64,000 bases of DNA from Antedon mediterranea (lineage: Eukaryota > Animalia > Echinodermata). Below, one piece after another: positions 26,691 through 41,465 of the stretch (its first letter is position 1; each line of letters begins with the position of its first letter). A program made the translations under genes and the position numbers. The notes below the pieces were generated by a model, which saw only the letters and a list, made by a program, of their open reading frames with translations, was not told the DNA's origin and made no database searches. The DNA lies in assembly GCF_964355755.1 (NCBI RefSeq), contig NC_092675.1:9481812-9545811 (forward strand). The letters are read 5' to 3'.

Positions 26691-29600
26691 ATTGTATTAT
26701 ACATTGTGATACAACAAATGCGCAAAACAACATAGTGCAGAAACATTTTAAACGTGTTTGGCCTCCCTACAATATGTTTTTGCTTTTTACTTCATAGAGT
26801 ATATTATGATTTTGATCATGATTAATTGCGGTATTAAATTGACACAATGCCAGCTGCGAGCGTTGTGCTCGACTAGAAGCATGTTGTGCGTTTATCACGC
26901 TTACACTCTCATATCGATTTGATAAACGAGAAACGAGTCGGTAGATTTCAAAGAGAAGATTGCTTCGAAAACATGAACTGAAACAAATTGATTGGTATTT
27001 GGTCTGACGCTGTTCTTTGTGGCTAAATCACAGGCTGATTTGATTTTAACTAGCTTTACTTATATGATGGCCAATGTACTAAACTCAATTCACCAATAAA
27101 AAGTATAGAGATGAAATATGAATGTGTATTAGGTACGTTCAATGATGGGTGCATATGAGATAGTACATCGTAGTGGGTCGACAGGGAAACATATTAAATA
27201 TTAAGAGAATTGGCGTTTATAGTACGGGCATTTACCATATGGAGCTTCAATATTCTCGTTCAAAAAAACAGTTCGATGAAGAAAAAAACAGCAAGGGAAG
27301 ATCTTGAAAGGGAAGCTAAAAGAATATTATAAAATAGGGCTATAATTTGTATTGTATAGCCAGATGAGTGAACTTAACCCACAATATTATCAACATTAAA
27401 TTAATTATTAATTAGGCCTATTCTAAGAACAATTACAATGTGCTAATAATCTTAATCTTAAATAAAGCTAAAAAATCCCTCAGTTAGGCCTACTGATAAA
27501 TAGAAAAGGTCCGATGATGATATTGGCTTTTCTATTGTTATACCGTATTTAGGCCTATAACGGACTTATTGAGCGTATACATCCCTCTCCTGATTTAATT
27601 GGGGTTTTTAAAAATTCATTTAACATAAAAACAAACAAAAAACAAATAAAAATCCGATAAAACACAGGAAAATATTATTGCAATAAATGGTTTTTTTTGA
27701 ATTGATATTTTACGAGTTTGAAATATATACTGATTCATTTCTTCATGTTTGAAAGAGTTGGCGTCAGAAAAAATTGTAGCATAAATCAACGATTATAGTA
27801 CCGTAGGCCTCATTAAGAAAATAAATATATAAAAACAACTATAAAAAATAAAATATAAAAATAATCCTTCCTTGAAATTTATTCAGAAGTTAAAGCTTAT
27901 ATTTGTGGCTTATATACAAAACTAAACTGATGATATTCTGTATGTTACCTGAATTTTCTATTTTTGAAGATGACCATGCGTGACTGACCAGGCAAACGGA
28001 CACATACATTAGTAAATTTATGATGCTAAAGTTTAATAATGATGTTCATTATCCTCCTAATTGGTAAAGAAGCGTTGAGATTAGATGGATCGAGATTGGG
28101 ACTTATAAAAGACAGTATCAATAGCAAGCCCCTTCATACTATTATACCTTTCTGACGTTGTATACCTGTACTGTAATGTATTCGGTGTAACTGATACCTG
28201 TAAAGAGACCGCAGTTGTCTCAGCAATTTTCTGTTGATATTAGTTTCTGTCGCTATTGCGCGATATATTTACATCATTCTGACAACTGATATACGCTACG
28301 AATTGAAAACCATTACAGTAAATGACAACATTCAATAAAATTTTGAAAAGTCGTATTTAATTCTAGATTTCAAAATTTAAGAACATTTGCAGCTATCGTT
28401 TAAAAAGTATATACCATGCATTCCAATTGAGTAGTATATTAGGCCTATGAAATAACATTTGGAGTTAAAGATGTTATTAAAGTTGATTTGGCGTCATCTA
28501 ACGTATGGTGACAATAGTAATAATAATGACCACAAACAATTGTTCACATGACACTAAGTAATAACGATGACCATCAAGAAAATCGGATTCGCAACAGCGC
28601 CAAAAATTCAACAAATTCATTATGTACGCCTACAATTGACTTGAACTGATATACCGACCGGTATAACAACTAAAAGGAAACTTAAACTTTATCATCATAT
28701 TCTTCCAAACGTTCGTTTAAATCCCCCTTCACTCATTAAAAATAAAAGGACACACGATGGCCGATGTTATTGTTCAATGTGGTCATTTCATCTTTGGAAA
28801 ATCTTCAGCGATAATAATGGAAAATTTTATTTGAAAATTCATATTGAACACCGCCCCCTATACTTAAATAAACAACACGTGACAGTCAATTCCTCTATTA
28901 TATTAGATTACACTAAACATATTACAAGCACGATGAATTGAATAATTAATCTATCTTTCGTTATGAATTGTGTTAACGCTATTTATTGCATAACTACATT
29001 TTCATTTAAGGTGTGCAACAATAAATGAACTAAACGAAATGTGCCTGTCATCTGGAATACTAATGTGAACGTTACAGATTTAAAGAGGCAGTCAAGACAC
29101 GTACGAGAAGAAAGAGAAACTTATTATCAGTACTTTAGTCTGCCATAAACAAAAATAAATGCGCATTATGTCCAGAACATTCTTACAAATATAGAAACGT
29201 CGATATACTGTACTAAATCATGGATTTCACCAAGGTATCTTAAAGTAAGATAATATTAAATAATCGCACTGCATACTTTGCTGCGTGTTAAAAGTGTATG
29301 CGCATGCGTGCATACTATAATCAGTTCCATCTAAACATTTAAATCTAAAAGGTCTTCTTATACCTAAATTGACACGTATGAAGTTAGGGCTAATATAGGC
29401 CTTTTTGCAAACCATTGACAGATGCACGATTTGTCTTTTTTTCACGTGTTCTCACGTTGCACAAGGCGTTGCACGAACCATGATTTCCTGTTCGCCAAAA
29501 ACTAGGCTATGTCAGTCTAGCTTATGTACTTACACTACTGGAGGAAACTGAACACATTGCATGCCTCTTCAGTTAATGTCTTCAACTTCCTGATGCTACT

Positions 29601-30911
29601 ATCCATCCATCTTCTTCATTGCCAGTCTTTCATTCTGACCCAATTCCTTGCGTAATTACTGCATGCTTTCTTTAATAATACGTCTTTGTGTTTCTATTTC
29701 TATACTTTCTTAAATAGAACGTACAACTGCGTGGAAAATGGAAATGTGCAATACTGTATTGTATGTCAAGCTCACCACGGTACCTTTAAGGACATACAGC
29801 GTTATGAAATTAATCATTTTGTTATCGTCTTGTCTAAATTCTCTTTCGATATCTATCTGGATGTTTGATGTTTAACGTCTCATAGTTGTCTACTATAATA
29901 AATAATAAAAACCACGGTGCGGTATTCTATAAAACATTCACGGATGACAGATAGACTTGAGAAGTGATAAACGACACATATGTGCCAGCATCATCACGAA
30001 TGAGGTGTCATGTGAAAATGTGACTTACTTAGTTATTGCAATAGTGTGTTGTTTGAGTCACGTATCGAAACATCTTCCATTGCTGACCTCCTTTTTTTAA
30101 TCAAGTTGTTGATTGGCTATTTGAGCGCGTGTTAATTTAAATATTTCAATTTGAACCACCTGAGACATAAACATCTCACCAAGTAGTATTCCACCATTAC
30201 CTGAATAACACTGTAAGTGCTAACTTCTATTTCTGTTTTCTCTCATTTCGACTATTATTACGACGACGTACATGTTGTGTGTTGTATGTTATTTCATATT
30301 TATAACTTTACCTATAGATAATAATCAATACGTGTATAAGATATACTGTGATACATGTTTTTGATCTAAACAAAGAGGGCTATCCTTCAATAAAAAAAAA
30401 ACCCAAAACATAACATATAATTTCATATAAAGAACCATGGACCTATAAATTAGAATTATAGGTCCATGATCAAATGTTCTATGTCAGTTGGTATCACAGG
30501 AAAGAAGTCATCTGGGTAGGTTCCACAAACAGAATTCAAACTATACTTATATACCTAATGATGCCGCTGATTGTCGTCCGTTTGGTGTATAAATATATAC
30601 CGTCTGTACGATAAATCTATACAATAAAAGGAAATAACGTTTGCTATTTCGCCTTCCATACCTATATAGACAAAAACCGCCACGATTGTTTAGAAATAAA
30701 GTTTGTTAATCGACATGCGAGTAGCGAACATCAACGCCTATATCAACCATGTAATTCCTAATATCTAATCTATTGAATTATATGTTTTTATATTTAAAAG
30801 GTACCGTAGATCAGGGTTTATAATAGCTCTTTGCAACCACACCGAATAACTCGTGACAGAGGTGAAGCAGAACAATCAATTTTATATATGAAAATACTGT
30901 TTATACTTCTT

Positions 30912-31070
30912 TGCTTGTTTGTTATTTTGGTGATACACACCAAGGATAGCTAGACTTGTTCCGGTGGGGTCCTTCTTGGTGAATTAGACAGTTCACCGGG
31001 AGACGATCCCCTACTTCTGCGTTTATGTTGCACACGGGACCAAAGGCTTAACGTCTCATCCGGAAGACGG
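30912..31070 (-). mobile_element. SINE fragment with a Meta-domain-like core and 3' tail
   Basis: Minus strand reads gtcttccggatgagacgttaagcctttggtcccgtgtg...agtaggggatcgtc... and ends in a (CAAA)-like tail; resembles the MetaSINE central domain as I recall it, not verified by search. Confidence 0.5.
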
Positions 31071-32651
31071 TGTTGAACTTTTAGAATAATTTCAGAAGTT
31101 TTTTAGAAGTAATTTCATTACATTGTAGTCCTAATTGACACACAAAATCGACACGATTCAGTACTATATTATATATACGGAAACCTCGGGACATGACATA
31201 CATTACGGTAACATTCCGCGCTAATATTGTAACGTACGTGCATGCTCGATTGCGAATAACCAAACCTGTCCGAAGCGACGATTTGAAATCGAGGTATTGT
31301 TCAAATTGTTATTGCAACTACAACGTTAGAGCAACTTCAGAGTCTCTAACGGCGTCATTAATTAATTGATATTTTTTAGTGAAAGTATCAATTCATATTA
31401 GGCTATTATAACTAAAACAATAACAAATATTAAAATAGAGGATTAAAAATGAGTTATCAAATCGAAAATAAACGTCGTAAACATTTCTCACAAATTAACT
31501 TTTTAAAAAATTAATAAGGTTGCTTTATTACGAAGCGAATTAAATTAAAACAATACAGCAAAAAAAAAAACCCAATATAGTTTGTTTTACCGTACCACCA
31601 TGTGTCTCGCATACAATACTCCAGAATTTCTCTTAAATATAATATATAATAGTTTGATATTGTTTAATAGATTTGTTAAACTAACGGTATTGACATTATG
31701 ATACTATTTACTATTTGTTTGTAATAAAATGTCTTCGAAAAATGCAGAACCATTAACTTCCACCATATCTTTTTATACTCAAGCTTTGTGTTGAAGTCAT
31801 TTTGTAAAAAAAAATACAATCCTATAGTAAATTGGTTTGATAAACATTTCTATAACGTTATTTTAGTTTATTGATATTTTTATTTACATACGTTAAAGTT
31901 TCTTCTAGGCTGACACACCTTGCTTTTGTTGAAGCATTTCTCACATCACGTGACGTGTAGCTACAATAACGGCCGCGCTCACACGTTCCACGTTAATTTG
32001 AAATTGAGTGTTGAATTATTGATATTAATGCGCCGTATCAAATTGGGCGCCAACGAAGCGAGTTTTCTGTCTCTTTCTCCGATTTTCATCATCCATCAAA
32101 CCCAACGAGCTGTTGATGATTAATCCATTGTCTTTAGCCGCGTCGTAATTAATGTTTTTCCCGTCAGCCACTGTCCTGCTGCTGAGCAATACCGAGAATA
32201 TGAAATTATATAAATAAAGGCCTGCCATGCTTTTGGGACCGACAAATCTATTGCAACACATGGAAAGCACTTGCCCAAACGGTTGCATTTCGTATCGATT
32301 AAGCACACAGTCACACAGTACCAGGCCTCATCAATGTGGCATTACCAACATAGGGAGCACCGATATCTCCTCATTACATAAGGGCCTAAACCATGATGCT
32401 AATTTCTGTTACAGTAATTTTATTATAATTACTATAGACAGGCTATACTATTTTAAATACGCCTCATATCGCATGAAGTAAACCTTTCACGAATGGTTGT
32501 ATATTCATAGAAATTGAGTAGGAAAAAACATATTTTTATGACATTATGCATTACCGGTATCAGATAAACCCACAGTTCAATGGTCCTATCGTATACTGCA
32601 GTAAATTACCAATATATACGATATATAATAATATAATAAACGATATTCTTA

Positions 32652-32815
32652 ATCTTGGTTCCCACCAGGACGCAACGTCAGGACGTATTAAATGTAACAC
32701 AATTATACAATTGACCAATCACGACGTGATATGAATCATTCTGATCGTCGTCGTTGGTCAAATTACATTCGTTGTGCTTTCGTTCGTTTTTGCGTTGCGT
32801 CCTAAAGGAAGTACC
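32652..32815. mobile_element. PIF/Harbinger-type MITE family C, copy 2 (degenerate)
   Basis: cttggttcccaccaggacgcaacg ... ttgaccaatcacgacg ... ttggtcaaatt ... ttgcgttgcgtccta. Confidence 0.65.
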
Positions 32816-33960
32816 CGTATACAAACACACCTTTATTACTGATCCTATAAATTTAAGAAAATAAAAAGCAGACATTAAAACGCACGAATCATGTTGCTGT
32901 GGGACAGGTTAAATCTTCGCCGGATTGTCTGTAACATATCGTCTGTCCAAGGTTTACGAATTCATCAAGTTGGCACAAATATGTTATCCATACTAACGTT
33001 ACTATGACTACATAGGAAGTTCAAATGGTATTTATTCTCATTTTGCCATAAAGATGAGAGAGGAAAACGATAATTATCTAAATATCATTCGGCGATGACA
33101 AGTACATTGGCGTACTGTATTTTATTTGAATGACACTAATTTCATTTCAGAATTGATGAGCCTGTGATGGTCGATATGTCGTTGAGATAACAAGAGAGAT
33201 TTTCAAAGTGAATAATGCATAGATACTTGATAGGATCTTCAATTTCAGACAGAGGAACCTGTGTATATAAAACCATAAAGCTTAGCTGGCAGCATGAGCC
33301 AGCCCATCAATCAAATATGATCACTGCCCATCAATCATCCAACCTGTCATAGTTTCAGGCATTAATGTTAAAGGTGCCGAGTAAGTGATTGGCGACCAGG
33401 AAATGTTAGGTAATTTTAACTTGCGCGAACTACACTGATGACGTCAAGTAAGTCAATATAAAACCGGAGATTAAACGCACGCGGTCAGCTCATCTTTAAA
33501 AGCGCCATAGTTTCCCTTTAAATCACAAACCTTTAATCCTTCAATAATTGTATAGATTTTTTATGACAACTCTAAAAAATGATGTGCTTTGTCATACATT
33601 CACCTTTCATCGTTAACGAGAAAATATTAACGCGAGTATGTTCATATTATAATTTGAAAACACAGAGATTTACGATTATCTGTTAGAGTATTCTAAGCCA
33701 AAGCCAATGTGATTTCCGAGAGATTATTATATGATTTGACAACATATAAAAAATTGAAACGTAGATAATAAACGAAGATGCCATTAACAATCAGAAGAAA
33801 CCAGGCCTATATTAGGAAATCAATTCATTTCACAATTAATTCACCAATTCTTCATCTTAGCGTTTTCATAAGAATATGAGAAAGGGTAGCAATAAAAGTT
33901 GATTAAACAAATGGCAAAAAGTGCGGATGAGGACACCGACGATACGTACGGTCTACGACG

Positions 33961-34290
33961 ACGATGGAATCGGAAAGATTGCCGGTGAAATGACGATAAA
34001 AGTTCGGAAGACGACGGTGACCATGCTCATACGATGGAATGGGAAAGAGTGCAGGTGAAATGACGATAAAAGTGCAGAAGACGACGGTGACCATGCTCAT
34101 ACGATAGAATTGGAAAGCGTGTCAGTGAAATGACGATAAAAGTGCGGAAGACGAAGGTAACCATGTTCATACGATGCTTACGATGGAATGAGAAAGGTGC
34201 CGAAGATGATGACATGACGACGAAAGTGCAGAATATGGTGACAAAGCTCACAATGGAATGAGAAGGTGCCGAAGATTATGAAGAAGTTCA
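33961..34290. repeat. Minisatellite, 70-bp unit, 3 good plus about 2 degenerate copies
   Basis: acgat(g/a)gaat..gtgaaatgacgataaaagt..gaagacga.ggt.accatg.tcat starts at 33961, 34031 and 34101. Confidence 0.85.
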
Positions 34291-34753
34291 TCGATGAAAT
34301 TGAATTTAAGGATGCCAACGACGTGAAGTTTGTACAATTAAATAGTTATATTGTTTTTCTCTCAGTAAACATCGATATTTCATGGCGATCTTAAGAATGA
34401 TTAAATACCTTCACGCGAAAACACAATTAGAACGGATGCATATATCTAGGTTTTTCTTATATTATTAAATAATTCGTATATGAATTGGGTTGATAGCATT
34501 TATGTTGGACTAATGATGCCTGCTGAGCTAATTAGAAGTCATCATTGATGCTTCGATGCCTATCGAAGGAAGTTCCTACTTATTGAAATGATTAAGTAGA
34601 CCTATTTTTAAGGTTTAACGTCCCTTCCTATTTAGTGATAGGAAGTAAAGCTAGAACATTATAATGGGTCTGATAAAATATTAATAGTAAATGCTGAAAG
34701 AGACAACCAATATTTGGAGCTGTCGACGAATATAGTGATACTCTGTTGATAAA

Positions 34754-34784
34754 GACGACGACGATGATGATGATGATGATGATG
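34754..34784. repeat. Compound (GAC)n(GAT)n microsatellite
   Basis: gacgacgacgatgatgatgatgatgatgatg. Confidence 0.85.
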
Positions 34785-35556
34785 GCACGTGACGATAGAG
34801 AGGATGATGACAAAGAAAGATGATAGTTTAGTTTGTCCTTTTTTGTAGGCCTAAGAAACGCTACAAAGCTCATTTTTACTATATTACCATACGGTAGTCT
34901 AGTACGCAAATGTGAATGATACTTATTTTAGTTATTTTAGAACAACTAAAAATACTGTATATACAATACAATAAATAAGTACAAGGGCCAAAAAACGTAT
35001 TCGTATTGAAATAAAATCCTCAAAAGAAAAATGATAAATGCATACATGAAAGAATGAAAGACCTTTGATATCGTCAGTGAGGTTGCCAAAATGTGATAAC
35101 AGATATGATATGAATCACAGTGATCATTCAATTATAGAACAAAATATAATAACCACCATGGTAATAACGAAAAGAATGATGGTAACTTAGAAAATCGTTG
35201 AAATTAACAGATGCACACGAACATTATAATGGATGGAATGATGAAACCAATAAATAATAAAAGATGAAGAAGAATATGATGAAGTATTGGAGACGACGTT
35301 CCTAAGAATTAGAAAAATGATTAAAGCTCAATATTCTAACCTTAGGCAAGTATGAGTGATAAATCATAAATGTACACAGCATATAAATTGATAAACGAAA
35401 TGTTGAATAATTAAATGAATGACTACATTAATTGTCGCAATGAAAAATGTTACACGATCGATAGATACACGTACCATGAGGAGTGCACGTATACACGATC
35501 GGTGTAATGAGAAGCGCACTAGCATTTAAGTACATCCATAATAAAAAGGCAAATAG

Positions 35557-35668
35557 CCGTATGAACCATTCTCTCAAAGGCCCACATGATAACTTGTATA
35601 TAAAGGGTATAGTGGTATGATACCGTATGAACCATTCTCTCAAAGGCCCACATGATAACTTGTATATA
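35557..35668. repeat. Direct repeat of 46 bp, period 66
   Basis: ccgtatgaaccattctctcaaaggcccacatgataacttgtatata at 35557 and 35623. Confidence 0.9.
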
Positions 35669-37200
35669 TAAAGTTATAATAAACTACAGATGCACGGTAC
35701 TCGTTCTTAGATTTGATTTCTATCTATTTTGTAGTTTGTGGAATTTGTAACACATTAAAATAAAATTACATAGGCTTAATTTAATATTATAATTATATGA
35801 CATTATATATATATATATTTTGGCATCGAAACTCAAATCAAAAATAAAGAAAATAGTATTTAGGCCTCGTTAGCTAAAGGAGTCCGTGTATTTTCTTCTG
35901 TGTATTTATTGTATAAACTTCAATGGAGAAAGAAAGTATAAACGGGCGTATGCTACATTTAATACATTTATATTTGTAAAGTATTTAACGGGACCATTCC
36001 TTGACAAGTTATTTCCCCTTAATACTTAAAGCGGGAAATGAACATAAAATGCTTTCCTTTTCGTATTATGCAAATGTGTTTTGTTAATTCCAAGTGACTT
36101 ATTGATGGTAAAGAGCAATCAGGCGTGACGTGGTGCGCGCTTCATCTAGGCTCATAAAACTCGATTCGATATTCTGTTTAAATCTTATGGGCTCTCAAAT
36201 CCGGTGTCGATCCACAAGAAATCAATTTTTAATGCACGGCCATCAATCAACATGTAATTTATATAATAAAACATTTGACAGGATGAAAAAAGAGACTCAG
36301 TTTTATGTACATTAAGTAAAATTAATCAATTTGATGATAAGCATTCGTTGCGTGTCACTCGCCAATTTAAGCAGGGACAGGAATACTTGGTTTTTCTAAC
36401 CATGTTTATCATAATAATTAAATTCATTAAAAAACAGCAGAACATATTAAAAAGCGCTCTCCCGTTAATGTCCACGCGCAGGTTTAGATTTTGTTGTAAA
36501 TGTATTAAATGAACGAAGAAGATGAACGTTTCACATGCTGTGTCATAGATTTTTTGCAAGTTTTTAAGTTCGCTCTCATAAATCATATAAATTCGCGTTA
36601 CTACTCAGTTATCGTAAGAATGATGAACAGTCTAAAATCGGCAATATATTTCAAGCTGTAATGGTCAAACTTCGACGACGGATTTAAGACTAGATTGTGG
36701 TCAGTATTGCAGTTATAGCTTGTGTATTCTACTCACGTTCGCCTTTGCTTGATTAATTTCTCTTGATTTTCGTGTGATTTGTTGGACTCAAAAGTCGTGA
36801 CGTGTACACACACCGATAGCGGATATTTCCATAAATGAATTAATCACTTTATTTTTGCTGCAATTTAAAATCGTGTATAGTCTGTTTGAAAGTCAGTTTG
36901 AGAAACAAGAATTACTGGATAATGCAAAAAAACATTGAAATGGTTTTAAAAAATAAATAGAATTTATCATAGGAAAAGTAATTATCCTAAAGAAGGATGG
37001 GGAAAAAATAATCAATTAAAATCAAATTAGGTAAACCCCAATCAACTAAATACTGGAATGGGGAGGACGTAAATTCAATGATTCCCGTAAACTGCTCATC
37101 AGGAGTGCGCCGATAAACAACAAAACTGCACAAAGAGCAAATCTGTCTCTTAGATTAACAAATGATATTTAACAGTAATGGATCTTAAAATTATATTAAA

Positions 37201-37298
37201 TAAAATCCACCACACGTCCTAAAATCCACCACACGTCCTCAAATCCACCACACGTCCTCAAATCTACCACACGTCCTAAAATCCACCACACGTCCTAA
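37201..37298. repeat. Minisatellite, about 19-bp unit x5
   Basis: aaatccaccacacgtcct(a/c) repeated in tandem. Confidence 0.9.
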
Positions 37299-40200
37299 AC
37301 GATTATTCACACGCCAAATGTGAAACGATAACATTGTTTAAAGTTTCTTAGTCTTGTCCCCCAGCCGTCATAATGCTGTCGGTCACAGATGGTTGCTCAT
37401 CATTTTGTCGGTTTTATTACCGTTGTGTTGATGTAAGTGGTTGAGTTGAGTCCGGGCGCGTCCGACATAAAACTGCTCATGACTGTAGGAAGAGAGGCGT
37501 GAAGTTGCTGTTTAGGGGTTTATTATCGAAGCGTAAAAGGGAACACTCCTCAAAACATGTGATTTAACATAAACGAAGAGATTTCCTCCGTATGGCACAT
37601 TCGGCGTCTTGGTGTAAACCCCGGCTGTCAACAGAAAATGTCGGACAAGCTCCCGACAATATATTGCTCGGCATGGCTAACAATTTGTGTATTCGATTAC
37701 TCCACTGATGATGACATTTCAGATGATATATTACCTCATTTCACAAAGAATGAAATATTTATTTTAGCTTCTCATTTTAGTCTAAATTGGATGTGTTGTT
37801 CGAGACGACACGGGGAAATCGAATGCAAATTAATTAAAAAGTGACATTTTCGCCTGATAATGTATGGAACGTTTTCTGACTTGTTGGCATGTAGAAAAAA
37901 AACATGGAGCGGTAGAATACGTAGCCTATAGGTGCGTCTGACGTCGGCAGTTTGATTCCCGTGGGATGTCACGATATTAATGATTTTCAGAAAGTTTGAA
38001 TACAAATGAATAAGGGCTATTTTCTGTTAAGCAGGAATAATCGGTTATTAACCGATTTTTTTTTAATCGATTATTTTTGGACAGCGTTCGGCGCACAAAA
38101 TGACATAACCGATATGATATTCACCTAAAATTAATGGAAAAAAGGTAAACCAAATCACTGAGATGTATATATAAACAAATTGACTGATATTGATTGAATT
38201 GATTAACCAAATCCACCGACTGATAGATTGATTGATCGGCTGATGCTAAATACGCATGTAAGACCTTAAATCTTATTATTTTGTTTAAAACATTCTATAG
38301 ACCTAAACAAAAATAAAATAATATCCAAATACAGATACTGAGTTGGGTGAGTTAAGGCAGTAAGATTTGTTTTGAAATATTCAGAAAGAAATTGGATAAT
38401 TTAGGTTTAGGCTACATTTACACTGGAGGTGTGTGAATGTTTCAAGATATAAATCTAAAAGTAAATTTGAAATATCATGCATGCGCATGCATGTATTTGT
38501 ACAATAAAGTTATTAAATAAAAACGCTCGATCAAAAACTAACTTTATGAATTTTAAATCCAAACTGGACGAAACTTTTTAAATAACACTTCTAAATAATT
38601 ATATTTGCCACGCGGAGTTAAAGTTAAACAGATAAGTATGTATCATGACTGTAATGTAACAAAAAGATAACATTTGTTATTTTTTCTTAGTTGTCAGAAA
38701 GAATGGACCACATAATGTGTATACGTTAACTAGTTGTGACTGGCTGTTGGTCATTCCCTTTGTTACAACGTGTGAAAGCCCGCAAGTGTAAGAATCAACA
38801 TTACACCACGATTTGGCACCATCTTACATGTGTTAACGTGATGCTTCGAGTATCGTCAGTTTGGCTACAACCATATTGTTTGATGATGATTTATCTCGCA
38901 AGCTAGATCACAAACAACGCATCAATCACATAATATATGTGAGATAACATCTACTGGATCTCGTAATTGCATCGATTGCCTATAGATCGTCGCATTATTC
39001 TAATCTTCGTCATCTTTTATTTTCGTTTTAACTTCAGGAGAAGCGTGCGACGGATTGAAACACACTTATGAAACTGTACGATGAAGAAAGTCGGAGACTT
39101 TTATCAACAAGAGATTAGTAGTGCTAGGTTATCGATTATTTTCTATGCTGAAATGAAGCTATTATCTACTACTGTATACAATTCGTAGAAATACAACAGT
39201 ATAAAAAATATTAATAATAAAAAGTGTCCTTGATTCTATATTACTTATAGGCCTAATGTTGTTGATACTTTAATTTTGTTAGAATTTTGACTCAACATGT
39301 GGCGTAAAAATTTCTTCCTTGTCTGGTAAGCAAAGATGTCTATAATTAGCGTATTCAAACATAATTATGACTAATAGTGATAATGATAACAAATTAGAAA
39401 AACTGACAACAATGAACAATGAAAAATGACCACTTATTTTACCAACAAAATCTGAAAAACCAAAAAAGTATGCATAAAATAAGTTAGAAAAATGTATATG
39501 ATTTCATTTTTACGAGAACTATTTTTAGTCTAAAATTCTACTGAGTAATATTTTAATAATTGCTTTTGATAATGTCTTTCTTTTTCCTGATGCTTTTTAA
39601 ACCATATTTATTGTTTTGTATTTCGTTATTACATTTTTAATGAGCGTTGTTAGCCTAAAAAGTGTGTTCTTAATATCATATCACAAGAGAGAGGCAAACA
39701 GACTATGACGTCATCACACAGCATAAAAGAGTTCATGGCACAGATATTGGTAACTCTGCTTTCGCTCGTAAACTTTCATTATCATTAAAAGGAAAGTGAC
39801 TGAAAAGATTATCAATGACACCGGTAATCTAAAAAAAGACCACTTGTCAGCTAAGTATCTGTCTATCAATCAATATAGCTCATCTTCTTTCACTTTAAAT
39901 CACTGTAAAGACAATCTGTTACCTTACTTACTGTTATATTCTTTCCTAAAGATAACATCTATTCTATTTTGAACATGTGAAAGAAAGAATAACTATTTTT
40001 ATCCAGAAAAAAATAGGTTATAGTCAATTACATTAGGACAATAGAGGAGTACTTTATCGATATACTATCGTTCATAGTTCAATAGTAAGACAAACTGCCG
40101 GTCACGCCCTGTAGTCTTCCAACACTATCAACACCAACAAAGCCTCACAGTTAAATTAAGTATTGTCAATGTCATCTTGATGACGTATGTATGTTTATCT

Positions 40201-41465
40201 ACTTTAAATATTATATACATTATACTACTGTATTTTAATATTTGTAATCTTTTCTATCCATTTTTTCTTTAAAATGATGATTTTTGTTAACGTTGCTAAA
40301 GTGATATATAAGTAAAACTATATCCTTAATCGATTTAAATAAAGACAGACAAGCGTCCTATATTGTAATTCCATTGTCATCGAGTGTTACCACGCACAAG
40401 AGAAGAATTGCTGAGACAAGCTCTTTAATTCTAACTACTTTTTCTGAATGATTGATAGTCGTTTGCCTTTACAAATTCCATTTGTAAATTAAAAAACGTC
40501 GACTCTTCTGGGAGTTGTAAGCCTCACTTTTTTGCTAGAAATAAACGGTTTAAATATACGATATAGCTGTGTAATTAAGCTAAGGCGTCGTGGCTATGAG
40601 CAACTATATAGTCCCATTCGTTAAAACTGCTTATTAAGATTCAAAAGTAATAAAGGTCATTTTATCAAAGTTAATCTCCCAAAAAAAAGGACCTATGTTG
40701 GCAAACAGATGCAGCGAAGGAGATCGTATCGTTCATGCGTACTTCGTATACGAGTAAATGCATTCACTTTTATAACCAGTACAAGTTAAGAAGCCTATCA
40801 GCCCTTGACTATGTCAACTGCCCGAGAGCGGGTCGTACGCATCCGTCATGCGTTATTTATACAAAGCGTGCAATAAAAGCAGCCTTATTAACTTTAGGCA
40901 TAATATAACTTACTCAATAAGTTACACCCAAATAAGAGCATTGGTGAACCAACAGCACCCTCTGTACACGTGTAGCTCTTAGACAATAATATTACATGAA
41001 ATGAAGAGGAAATACACTGCTTAAACAGACGAAAGTTCATTTTAATTTCTAACGCGTCAAAAAAGACTTAGCCCTAAATATTATTTAAATTTACAATTAA
41101 AAAATAAGAAAGGTCTATTTTAATGTAAACGGTATGTTATATGCCTTCATTCCGTTTCAAACTAACTAACATAAACGTTTTGTAAGGTCATTTTCTTAAA
41201 GCGATTGAACTTGACTGAATCATTTTTTTCTGTCATATTTTGACAGAACGAATAGGAAACGAAATAACCAACAATGACAGATACAATTTATTCCTGCCCA
41301 TAATGTTTTCCTCTCAAACGTTAATTCATGAAAATGCTCCGAACGAAATATTACTAAATAAATAAACTATTAGTATTGAATAGTAGAGAATTTTCTTGGT
41401 AGAAAAAATACTAACGGAGAAATACGATACGACGGTTTGTGGTCAGTGGTGGCGATGGCCCCATG

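Noticed and set aside
33903-34251. Repetitive ORFs of 65 and 74 aa
   Set aside because: Products of the 70-bp minisatellite, whose unit is not a multiple of three.
38476-38493. 18-bp palindrome CATGCATGCGCATGCATG
   Set aside because: Low-complexity (CATG)n-like sequence with no supporting context.
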